The translations under genes were made by a program, and so were the position numbers. Below, piece by piece: positions 26,395 to 35,461 of a stretch of 64,000 nucleotides of DNA. The DNA comes from a virus (taxonomy: Duplodnaviria; Heunggongvirae; Uroviricota; Caudoviricetes): IMG/VR virus record IMGVR_UViG_3300042400_000593; one strand, written 5' to 3'. Each line of letters begins with the position of its first letter. Within the stretch, counting starts at the first letter, position 1. A model generated the notes under the pieces. The model was not told the DNA's origin. It ran no database searches and was given only the letters and a program-made list of their open reading frames with translations.

Positions 26395-26740
26395 GTATTT
26401 TGGTTAATAAGGCATACATGCCCCAGAGGGGTAGGTTATTAAGCTACCATGTCAGCTGCTTCCAAAGAGAAGTCAACTGTCATATACTCGAATTTAGATG
26501 CTTTTGCGTCTATAAGTTTTGCGCTGTTTAGGACAGTCACCTCACCTGTTGCCGTCTCCATTATCTCACCAAGTCGAATCCAATTCATCCCCATTATAAA
26601 ACACACTATCACTTCCCATTTGAGGGGCAGGAAGTCTACGGCTGTTGCCCCACTCCGATACCTCTAATGTGTTTTATGGTGGAGATGTGGGGTTTCGAAC
26701 CCCAGTGTTTGATGCCGTCACTTTGAAGGAATTACAACAA
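26395..26740 (-). ncRNA. ssrA: Circularly permuted (two-piece) tmRNA
   Basis: Acceptor piece ...GGGGTTCGAAACCCCACATCTCCACCA (3' end 26677) precedes coding piece GGGGATGAATTGGATTCGAC (5' end 26592); G3-U70 pair; tag ORF 26507-26439. Confidence 0.85.
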
Positions 26741-26901
26741 TAATAAACACACTAAAATATTTAATGTGCTTATTATTGTTAACTTGTGCATATTATAACA
26801 TAAAAATAATATTTGTCAAGTGTTAATGATAAATAAAAATGTAGTTCACGATGCGCTAACATCTAACTACTCTAAACATTTTTAACTTTTAAGGAACAAC
26901 A

Positions 26902-27699
26902 ATGTCCAGCAACATTATTTATACCAAACCAATCTGCGCCTGTATTATTTGTAAAAAAGAATTTTCTATTTACGGAATTCATACACATTTTGAACGTGCG
27001 CACGGAACACCTGAACAAAAACAAAAATATCCATCTGGTAATCATGGAAGATATAATGATGAATCATATCTTCAAAAAATAAAAACCCCTCGGCATGTAA
27101 TTACTGATACATGTAAACAGTGTGGTAACACATTTACTTATGAAAAATTAGTGTCTAATACATATAAGAAAGGTTGTAGTAAATCCTGCATAACAAGTTT
27201 AAATAATAAAGCAAGAATTAACAATGGGTTTGTGCAACCTAAACATTCTTCCGAAGCAAGAAAACAAGCCTCAGAACGATCAAAAGCATTATGGCAAAAT
27301 TCTGAATACGCTAAAAAAGTAATGTCGCAATCAAAACGATTTACATCAAAAAATGAAGTCTTAATAAGAGATCATTTTATAAACACTCATCCAGAAGATG
27401 AATGGACATTTGGCGGCGGCTTAAAACATAATGGAGAAACAATTGTACGTGATTTATTTTCTAAAAAATTAAAGATATGTTTTGAATATGACGGCATATG
27501 GCATTTTAAAGAAGTGCATGGCCAACTTGCTCGTAAGCAGTTAAAGGATAAGTTATTAGAGGAATGGTGTATTGAAAATAAATATTCTCTAATAAGACTT
27601 GATGAAAATAAGTTCAACAGTAGTTCAATTGCTGAACTAACTAAAATATTTTATTCATTAGATAAACCTACAATTTTAAAAATTGGTGATAGGTACTAA
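26902..27699 (+). CDS. Zinc-finger / PD-(D/E)xK (DUF559/Vsr-like) putative homing endonuclease
   Basis: CIIC..H...H, CKQC/CSKSC, RDLFS...ICFEYDG.WHF; TAAATA at 26830. Confidence 0.7.
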   Translation: MSSNIIYTKPICACIICKKEFSIYGIHTHFERAHGTPEQKQKYPSGNHGRYNDESYLQKIKTPRHVITDTCKQCGNTFTYEKLVSNTYKKGCSKSCITSLNNKARINNGFVQPKHSSEARKQASERSKALWQNSEYAKKVMSQSKRFTSKNEVLIRDHFINTHPEDEWTFGGGLKHNGETIVRDLFSKKLKICFEYDGIWHFKEVHGQLARKQLKDKLLEEWCIENKYSLIRLDENKFNSSSIAELTKIFYSLDKPTILKIGDRY

Positions 27700-28805
27700 T
27701 TACTCCCATCTTAAAACAAACCATGCATGATTAGATTTAACTTGGAATACATGTACGCCAGTGCTACAATATTGTAATAAGAATTCTTTACATTTATTCC
27801 TTAACATCCAAGTTAACACTTCATTGTAATCGTCAGATGTATTACACCTGTATACAGGATAGTTATTCCAACCTGGATAAGTTGTTCTTGTTACTTGTTT
27901 CTTCATGTTACCTCAGTTAAATGCTTAATAAGAACCAGGCTAAATCTTTTTCAGATTCAAATGTTATGTGACCAAAACCTACATCCATGTTAAGATCACC
28001 TTTAAACTTATCTTTAACAAAATTTTTTGTTCTAGGTACTGATGTAACATTTTCAGGTAAGTAAACCTTATCGTGTGTTGCAATATATTGCCATTGTTTA
28101 AATGTTAGTTTATGTACTATCAAAATATCTCCCCCGCCCATAGCAAAGTAAATACAAAGAAATCATCTTTATCCATATACCAATAACCAGATTGGTCACG
28201 ACTTGTTTCATTGGTTATAACAAACTTTGCTGATGTGTAGCCTTGCTGTCTCATAAATTCGTCACACAGCAATTTAGCATCAGGATCTCTGCTCCATAAT
28301 TCATAAAACTCAGGATAATTATCGTATAAATCTTTTATCTTCATTTAACCCCACTTCAACACAAACCAGTTACGATCTTTCTCTTCTTTAAATTGAATAG
28401 TGTAATATAGCATAAACCATCTGCTGTTACTTGTTAATCCAGCAGATGGTCCAAACGTTTCAGTACACCATTCGTTAACTTCTACCTTACTTACACTGTG
28501 AGGCAGCCGTGCAGCATACCGTAACCCGCTCATTACGAAACAGTAAGATACTTAATCTGGAACATCATAAAGCGTTTTTTGTCACTAACATCATAGTTCA
28601 TAGTGTAGTAACCATCGTCATTTTTTAACATGATAACGCCGTACACTTTATCAATCCAATCTTGGAATGGCATTTGGGTAACTGCTTCAGATGCTAAAAA
28701 CTCTTCTCTTGAATTACGTAACGCATTGCGATAACGATCACGGTGTTCAGTAGTTAGTTCTTCTTTTTTAGTTACAACTGGTTCTTGTTCAAGTAATAAA
28801 GACAT
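27700..28805 (-). CDS. Cluster of five small paralogous proteins (27700-27906, 27917-28141, 28120-28344, 28345-28533, 28533-28805)
   Basis: Shared C-terminal F/D-x-x-E/D-x-D-x-x-(W/F)-F-x-L-x-W motif. Confidence 0.7.
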
Positions 28806-29025
28806 ATAGTTCTCCTATAAAATTAAAAAAAAGTAAAATAGCAACACACTAATGAATAATATATTAAGCTACAGATATGTAGCGGTTTGGTGTTCAATCT
28901 TGAGCAAATGTTATACAATGCTTTAAGTGTGTTGCGTATGTTGTATATTATAGCAGTATTTTAAATAATGTCAAACTTTATTAAACCTGTATTTAAATAA
29001 ATACAATATACAGAGGAGTGCAAGG

Positions 29026-29307
29026 ATGCATGAAGTATTTAAACTTATAGGTGAGTTAGGCTTTCCTATCGCAGTAGCATTTGCTGGTGGGTATTTCGTA
29101 TACCTAACCATTAAGCTATTGTTAGGTGGAGTGTTAGGAAGTATCAAAGGAATGGCTGGAATCATTGTAGCATTAGATAACCGCGTTAAGACAATGAATC
29201 ATGACGTCATCCGCATCGACACGATTGTATCAAATGCATTAGGGTTAAAACCAGATGTAGAACGTATATCGCGTGCTGATGGGAAAAATGATGCTCGTCG
29301 GGACTAA
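29026..29307 (+). CDS. Single-TM membrane protein
   Basis: ELGFPIAVA...ALDNRVKTMNHDVIRID; paralogous to 29503-29892. Confidence 0.75.
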   Translation: MHEVFKLIGELGFPIAVAFAGGYFVYLTIKLLLGGVLGSIKGMAGIIVALDNRVKTMNHDVIRIDTIVSNALGLKPDVERISRADGKNDARRD

Positions 29308-29318
29308 AAGGAATTAGT

Positions 29319-29516
29319 ATGCATTATTTAGATTATGTGTGGCAGTTATTTGAATTTGGAATGATCTTAGATGAAGAAATTGATCTTGATAGTTTAGGAT
29401 GGGAAGATGGTTCTTATTTTAGATTAGACCGTACAACTGATGGTAGTCGTCCAGTTTTAAGAAAAGTTAAAGTAATTAAAAAATATACCCCGGGGGAAGA
29501 GAATGGATCCGAGTGA
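29319..29516 (+). CDS. Small hypothetical protein
   Basis: 65 aa with AAGGA RBS. Confidence 0.6.
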   Translation: MHYLDYVWQLFEFGMILDEEIDLDSLGWEDGSYFRLDRTTDGSRPVLRKVKVIKKYTPGEENGSE

Positions 29517-29892
29517 ATTAGCTGGAGTTGTAAATAAGTACGGTTTTCCTATTGTTATGGCAGTCGGAATGGGACTAATTATAAAATACGTGTGGGAATG
29601 GGCAACTAAAGAAGTTAAGCCGGTTATTAGTGAAGCTAATACTGTATTAATTGCTCTTATTGATCGTATTCGTATGTTAGATAATGATTTAATTAGATTA
29701 ACTCAAAAGGTAAATACCGTATTACATTTACGTGGTAAGATTATTGAAAGTGATCGTGTACTTGAACAAGTTAAAGTAGAGCGTGAAGCATCTAAACAAT
29801 TTGACAAAGCTGTTCGTATGGACGATCCTAAACCGCCAAAGAAAAAAGCAAAATCTGAAGATGATAATACTGCAGCAGCTGGAGAAAGTTAA
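29503..29892 (+). CDS. Single-TM membrane protein with coiled coil
   Basis: KYGFPIVMA...LIDRIRMLDNDLIRL. Confidence 0.75.
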   Translation: MDPSELAGVVNKYGFPIVMAVGMGLIIKYVWEWATKEVKPVISEANTVLIALIDRIRMLDNDLIRLTQKVNTVLHLRGKIIESDRVLEQVKVEREASKQFDKAVRMDDPKPPKKKAKSEDDNTAAAGES

Positions 29893-29894
29893 TA

Positions 29895-30137
29895 ATGAGA
29901 GTAAGTGAGATATTAGAAGGTATTGAGTTAGATGAAGCAAGAATACCTACTAGTAAAGAATTAAAAAGTGCGTTAATAAAGAAAGGATACACACCGAGTG
30001 AAGGTGGAGAACATATGAAGTTTCATGCACCTGATAAATCTCATCATATATCAATGCCTCGCGGGCCAAAACCATTAAGTATTGGCCTTGCAAGGTCTGT
30101 TATGAAAAAAGCTGGAATTACTGACGCTGATTTATAG
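29895..30137 (+). CDS. HicA-like mRNA interferase domain with MRVSEILE leader
   Basis: EL..AL.K.GY...GGEH.KF...ISMP...LSIGLARSV.K.AGI. Confidence 0.7.
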   Translation: MRVSEILEGIELDEARIPTSKELKSALIKKGYTPSEGGEHMKFHAPDKSHHISMPRGPKPLSIGLARSVMKKAGITDADL

Positions 30138-30138
30138 C

Positions 30139-32187
30139 TTACTTTTCGTAAGCTATAAATTCTCCTTGCCACGAATCACCTAAGTCTTGTTGTTTCATAA
30201 ACTCACAACGTTCAATCCACATTTTATAGTACTTGTCCATCTGTCCGCCAAAACTACCTTTCATTGTTTTACAAATAGCAGCAGCATCATCAAATCTTTT
30301 TAGTTTGTATAAAATATGCATCATATCATGTTGATCTTTATCTGCACTGTAGTCGGCACCTTTAGTACGTAATGCAGTATAGATTAAATCTGCAACAGTT
30401 TTACCTTTTGGTTGTAAGTTGTCTAACATTAAGTAGAAGAAATCATCTTTAGTTCTATTATATGTTTCTGCACCTATAATACACAGTACACCATATGCTT
30501 TACAACGTGCTTCTAAACGAGCAGCAGTTGAAACCATATCGCCTAAGATATCATAACTGTGTCTATCAGTAGAACCCATCTCTCCAATAAAGCCAATACC
30601 ACTGTTACAACCCCAACCCATTGCTGCTGGAGGTAAACCTTGAGCTTCCATGATCTTAGTATATTCGTCTACTGCGTCTAACATTTGTAAACCAACTTTA
30701 ACAATAGTACGAGCATGATAGTCGTCATCAATAGGAGCACCGTGTATATGCATAGATGCATCGCCTACGTATTTAATAACCATACCGTTGTTATCCATAA
30801 TTGGTCTACTAATGCTATCCATGTATCCGTTCATGTATTTGCCAAGTCCTGCAACATCATCACCGTAGTGTTCACCAATTGGCGTAAAGCCGCGTAAATC
30901 AGAAAATAGCACCGATACATCTTTACGCACACCACGTTTAATTAGTTCTGGATCTTTTTGTAGCATTTCGACTACTTCTTTAGAGCAGTAACCTGCAAAT
31001 TGTTTTTTGATAGCTAGTTTTTGTGTTAGTTCAGAAACAAACTTAACAGTATAAGCATGAGCATACACAAGGCCAAATCCAGACACAACAAACGTTGCAT
31101 CCAGTAAAATGCTATAATTGGTGAAAACATAGCTAGCAGCATAAGGAATGCCGCCGATAAACATAATAATAGGAATAAAGCCATAACGCCACCTCGTTAA
31201 AAATATAGAACCTATTGCTAATACAATAAATGCTAATAGTTCTGCACCGTCTGCATAGTCTGGTCTAACAATGTTAGTACCAGATACTAGTGTATCTAAT
31301 ACAGCACTTTGAAGTTCATGAGGAAACCGTTCCCCTGTAGCTGTTGCCACTGGGTTGTTGAGTCCTCTTGCGGTAAGACCAACAATAACGATTCGTCCCT
31401 CAAAGGAGTCTGGAAGACTAGTGATTGAATAGCTTGTGGGCTTATGTGACCAGTCAATCCAAATTCTACTGTACGGGTCGGTTGCAATTTTTCCAAACTT
31501 AGGAATTCTGACAGCTTCAACTCCAAGCTCTGAGATTTTAACTTGGAAACTTGGATCTCCACTCGCGACTCGTAAAGTGTCAAGTCCAAGTGACGGGTAT
31601 AACTTTCCTTTTGATGATACAACCATTGGCATTCTTCGTACAACGCCATCGAGTTCTGGGAAAGTGTTAACAATACCAGCACCTGCAGTAACATCGTTAA
31701 GTTGTTTAGTATTTGCTTGTATGTTTTCATAATTTACAGTAAATGGTTGATCTTCATTTCCTATTACACTAACACCTGGGCGAAATGCAATAGTATCTAA
31801 TTTTACAGGTTCGTTAGTTGCGGTCTGCGGTAGTACAACAGGAGAAATTGAAATAACGTTAGCTAAGTCTGCATCTCTTTTAAATCTATCTGCATCTGGC
31901 ATAAAGATATTAAACACTACTAATCCTGCACCTCTAGCATATAAGTCTTCAATTATCTGTGCGTATATGTCGCGAGAGAACGGAAATTGCCCATACTTCT
32001 CTAATGCAGCATCGTCAATGTTTACTGTAGTAACTGATGAGTCTTGTATTGGTTTACTTGTAATTAATGTATCAAAGTATCTTAGTCGCATACTTTCTAC
32101 AAATGACGGATCTGCTATACGTACACCCGCTACTAACATAACTGTTAGTAGCGCAGTCCAGGGGTTTAATAATATTTTTTTAATCAT
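30139..32187 (-). CDS. CHASE2-domain class III adenylate/guanylate cyclase
   Basis: CHASE2 periplasmic domain, three TMs, FSDLRGFT, KYVGDA, GFIGEMG...YDILGDMVSTAARLE. Confidence 0.93.
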   Translation of the reverse strand: MIKKILLNPWTALLTVMLVAGVRIADPSFVESMRLRYFDTLITSKPIQDSSVTTVNIDDAALEKYGQFPFSRDIYAQIIEDLYARGAGLVVFNIFMPDADRFKRDADLANVISISPVVLPQTATNEPVKLDTIAFRPGVSVIGNEDQPFTVNYENIQANTKQLNDVTAGAGIVNTFPELDGVVRRMPMVVSSKGKLYPSLGLDTLRVASGDPSFQVKISELGVEAVRIPKFGKIATDPYSRIWIDWSHKPTSYSITSLPDSFEGRIVIVGLTARGLNNPVATATGERFPHELQSAVLDTLVSGTNIVRPDYADGAELLAFIVLAIGSIFLTRWRYGFIPIIMFIGGIPYAASYVFTNYSILLDATFVVSGFGLVYAHAYTVKFVSELTQKLAIKKQFAGYCSKEVVEMLQKDPELIKRGVRKDVSVLFSDLRGFTPIGEHYGDDVAGLGKYMNGYMDSISRPIMDNNGMVIKYVGDASMHIHGAPIDDDYHARTIVKVGLQMLDAVDEYTKIMEAQGLPPAAMGWGCNSGIGFIGEMGSTDRHSYDILGDMVSTAARLEARCKAYGVLCIIGAETYNRTKDDFFYLMLDNLQPKGKTVADLIYTALRTKGADYSADKDQHDMMHILYKLKRFDDAAAICKTMKGSFGGQMDKYYKMWIERCEFMKQQDLGDSWQGEFIAYEK

Positions 32188-33188
32188 TTTATTTTTGGCA
32201 CCAAGTTGTCTTTAAATATTTCCCAACAATTTTCCCAAGTCCATCTAAATGAACTTATATATACACGGTGTCTATCAAGTTTTAAACATTCTTCAATTGC
32301 TGTTTCTAAGTTAGTATCCATAATACCATTACGACCTTGTTCTATAATATCAATAGGACCTGGCACTGGATATGCAGCAACTGGACAACCTAACGACATT
32401 GCTTCAATTATTACAATACCAAACGTATCAGCTGCACTTGGAAAAACAAATACATCAGCATTAACATAATAATCAGCTAACTCTGATCCTGACTTGTATC
32501 CTACAAATTCTACTAATGGATATTTCTTTTCTAATCGTTTACGATAAGGACCATCTCCTACAATTTGCACATGATACTTTTCGTTTTTAGATAATACACA
32601 TAGATCATCTAATGATTTTTCTTTAGACACTCTGCCTACATATAGCAAAACAGTTTTGTCTGAATCTGCTTTGTGTGCAGTTGGTTGTAGTAATTCTCTA
32701 TCAACACCGCGTGTCCATGGTATAACATTTGGTCTAAACTTATGTTCTTTAAGTTCTTCAACCATTGTTTGTGTAGTAGTTAATACTACAGTTGAATCTT
32801 TATGAAACCAACGCACGTATGCGTATGTAATCCATTTTGGTATTCCGTATATTTTTTTAATAAACTCGGGAAACTTTGTATGATAGGACGTATTATAGTT
32901 AAACTTACGGTTGCGACAATATCCACGAGCTGCTAGCCCAATTGGCCCTTCTGTGCAAATATGAATATAATCTGGATTGATCCTGTCAATCATTTTTCTA
33001 ATACCAGAGGTACGGCTAAGTTTTACTTCTGGATATTTTGGAGCATCTATATAACGGAAATGACTAGGGTTTATAATTTCTATTTCATATCCGTTTAATT
33101 CTGCTTGTTTTTTTATATTAGTGAACGTAGTCACTACGCCGTTAACTTGATCAAACAAGTTGTCGGAAACTATTAAAATTTTTTTCAT
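32184..33188 (-). CDS. GT4 glycosyltransferase, Agt-like glycolipid synthase
   Basis: QVNGVVTT, HICTEGPIG, SYHTKFPE, YVGRVSKEK, DTFGIVIIEAMS. Confidence 0.85.
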   Translation of the reverse strand: MKKILIVSDNLFDQVNGVVTTFTNIKKQAELNGYEIEIINPSHFRYIDAPKYPEVKLSRTSGIRKMIDRINPDYIHICTEGPIGLAARGYCRNRKFNYNTSYHTKFPEFIKKIYGIPKWITYAYVRWFHKDSTVVLTTTQTMVEELKEHKFRPNVIPWTRGVDRELLQPTAHKADSDKTVLLYVGRVSKEKSLDDLCVLSKNEKYHVQIVGDGPYRKRLEKKYPLVEFVGYKSGSELADYYVNADVFVFPSAADTFGIVIIEAMSLGCPVAAYPVPGPIDIIEQGRNGIMDTNLETAIEECLKLDRHRVYISSFRWTWENCWEIFKDNLVPKIK

Positions 33189-33787
33189 TTGATTACCTTA
33201 CAATTTTCAAAGTGCCAACGTTTCATAGAACTGTTTACTCCTGTTGTGTTGCAATGCGGGCAAGAGATATGTTGTCTATTTTGTTGAGAAGCAGACATTT
33301 TAGCTCTAGTTTCTATTGAGTGCGGTTTACCTGTATTATGTGCAGGTTTACCTGTTTTAATGCCTTTATTCCAAGCAGGCTTAGTTGCTTTGATTCCTTT
33401 ATTTGGACCAGGTTTACCTTTCTTTGAATCACGTATTTTAGATTTAGTTTCTTCTGTACACGGTTTTCCTTGAACTGCTCCACTAATACCGTTTTCAGGT
33501 ATTAAGTTAGCCCACTCTTTAGATTCTACTATATTATTTTCTTTTGAAAAGGTTAATGCAAATTCAGTTAACATAGTTTTATTTGTATATGGATCTGAAA
33601 CCCAAATAGTTTCTACAAATTCCCTTCCGTGTGCAGTAATATGATTTTTCCAATGTTTTCCTGATCCTAAATATCTTTTAGGATCTTGAGAAGTAGTTTT
33701 GCCGAAATATTTTAAACCTGTTACTGAATGTTGTTTGATATACAGATAAGTTGGTTTTATATCTATATAAATAATTGTGCTGGGCAT
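33185..33787 (-). CDS. GIY-YIG-type homing endonuclease with NUMOD3
   Basis: YLYIKQH..TGLKYFGKT...YLGSG.HW; KPHSIETRAKMS. Confidence 0.85.
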   Translation of the reverse strand: MPSTIIYIDIKPTYLYIKQHSVTGLKYFGKTTSQDPKRYLGSGKHWKNHITAHGREFVETIWVSDPYTNKTMLTEFALTFSKENNIVESKEWANLIPENGISGAVQGKPCTEETKSKIRDSKKGKPGPNKGIKATKPAWNKGIKTGKPAHNTGKPHSIETRAKMSASQQNRQHISCPHCNTTGVNSSMKRWHFENCKVIK

Positions 33788-34017
33788 TAGTGTCTCCTTA
33801 GATAACATATATAATGTTTAGTGCTAGTGGATGATAGTGCATCGCGACTAGCTTTTTTTATTTAGTAAATTGTTATTATGATTTTGTACACTCGGCAGTA
33901 ACTTTAAACCAATCAAATTTTACTGTATATGTTAGTGATGATGCTACATGCACACACTCTTGTTCTGTAGGAAAAAACAATTTCATTCTTCCAGGCACGT
34001 CTGTTGGATCGTGTATG

Positions 34018-34803
34018 TTAACTACTAGCATTATTAATGTCCACATTACTTTTTATCTCCGTCCAGTATATAATTTCCCATTCACCTGTGTGGTGTTCAA
34101 CTAATGCTGACATAGATTCAACCCAGTCACCATCATTCATTAGTATAATGCTGTTAATCTCTTTAATAAGTGGTGTATGTGTATGTCCACATATTACACC
34201 GTCATAGTTTCTTTTTTTACAGTAGTCAGTTAAGTTAATCTCAAACTGAAAGATAAAATCTACAGCCTTCTTAACTTTATGTTTTAGGTATTTACTTAAA
34301 CTCCAGTATCCGAACCCTAACTTGTGACGCACCCAATTAAAATGATTGTTAAGTCCTAAGATAAAGTCGTAGCCTTTATCACCTAAGAAACCTAACCATG
34401 GTGCTAATCTAGTTATACCGTCAAACAAGTCGCCGTGTGTAACTAAGTAACGCTTTCCATCTACGCCAATATGATCACACTGATTAACAATAGATATCTT
34501 TCCAAATGATATTCCTAATCGTAGCATAGGTCTTAAAAATTCATCATGATTACCTGCTATGTAGATAACTTGAGTGTGTTGTCTTGAAATTTTTAAAAAT
34601 CTACGTATGATATCAGTATGGCTTTGTTTCCATCTTAGTTTATTTTGCTGAACTTTCCAACCATCTATAATGTCACCTACTAAGTATAGTGTTTCGCAAG
34701 TGTTATGTTTAAGGAAGTCGTTAAGTTGTTCTGCTTTACAATCTCGAGTACCTAAGTGTATATCCGAGATAAAGATTGATTTATAAGTTTTAAGTTTTTT
34801 CAT
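34018..34803 (-). CDS. PlcP/LpxH-like metallophosphoesterase (phospholipase C)
   Basis: FISDIHLG, YLVGDIIDGW, YIAGNHDE, HGDLFD, GYWSLSKYLK.KVK.AV, ICGHTH. Confidence 0.85.
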   Translation of the reverse strand: MKKLKTYKSIFISDIHLGTRDCKAEQLNDFLKHNTCETLYLVGDIIDGWKVQQNKLRWKQSHTDIIRRFLKISRQHTQVIYIAGNHDEFLRPMLRLGISFGKISIVNQCDHIGVDGKRYLVTHGDLFDGITRLAPWLGFLGDKGYDFILGLNNHFNWVRHKLGFGYWSLSKYLKHKVKKAVDFIFQFEINLTDYCKKRNYDGVICGHTHTPLIKEINSIILMNDGDWVESMSALVEHHTGEWEIIYWTEIKSNVDINNASS

Positions 34804-34804
34804 A

Positions 34805-35122
34805 TTATTTTTGATGACTCTCTAATGCAGAAATACGCCATTCTAAAACTTTAACTGAACTTTTATTGTCTGCAGAACGTTCAATGTTTTCAGTTTGCAA
34901 GGTTAATAAATCTTGACGTAGTTTTTCACGAGCTAGATCTAATCTGTTATTCATTTAGTGTAATGCATCAGCAGTAACTATAGTTTGATTTTTTGCCTCT
35001 AACATAGTAATGCGTTCATTAGCACTGGACAATGAGTTAATTAAATACACTATACACGAGAATAAGATTGGTATTAGTGCAAACATTATCTTTTCAATAA
35101 GTGCGCCTCTTGAAGTTTCCAT
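34805..35122 (-). pseudogene. Membrane-anchored coiled-coil protein with one in-frame TAA (or two coupled small ORFs)
   Basis: METSRGALIEKIMFALIPIL...DALH*MNNRLDLAREKLRQDL...; TAA at 34955-34957 directly followed by in-frame ATG. Confidence 0.5.
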
Positions 35123-35131
35123 ATTAATTCC

Positions 35132-35440
35132 TTATTTACATTTTAATTTCCTAATAGCCTTAACTAAAAGTTTTTTTTCTTTCCAGCAACTTAATATTGG
35201 CTCGTCTATTCCACAGTGTATAAAATATGCACCGGGACTATCCTTCCATCGTTCTGTACTAGACCAATATTCGTCTTTTAAAAATTCAGTTGGATATTCT
35301 ACCGAAAGTTGACCTAAATCGTATATATTTGGCAATTGCCAATCTGTATGCCCGTATGTTGTTAGACTCTCACAATATTTGATTGCTGCATACCAGCTTA
35401 ATCTTACTTCTGTTTCTTTTGGTGCAAGTATTAAATGCAT
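35132..35440 (-). CDS. DUF1566 (Lcl C-terminal-like) protein
   Basis: LSWYAA..YC..L...GH.DW.LP...L...YWSST. Confidence 0.8.
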   Translation of the reverse strand: MHLILAPKETEVRLSWYAAIKYCESLTTYGHTDWQLPNIYDLGQLSVEYPTEFLKDEYWSSTERWKDSPGAYFIHCGIDEPILSCWKEKKLLVKAIRKLKCK

Positions 35441-35461
35441 TGTTCGCTCCTTCAATAAAAA

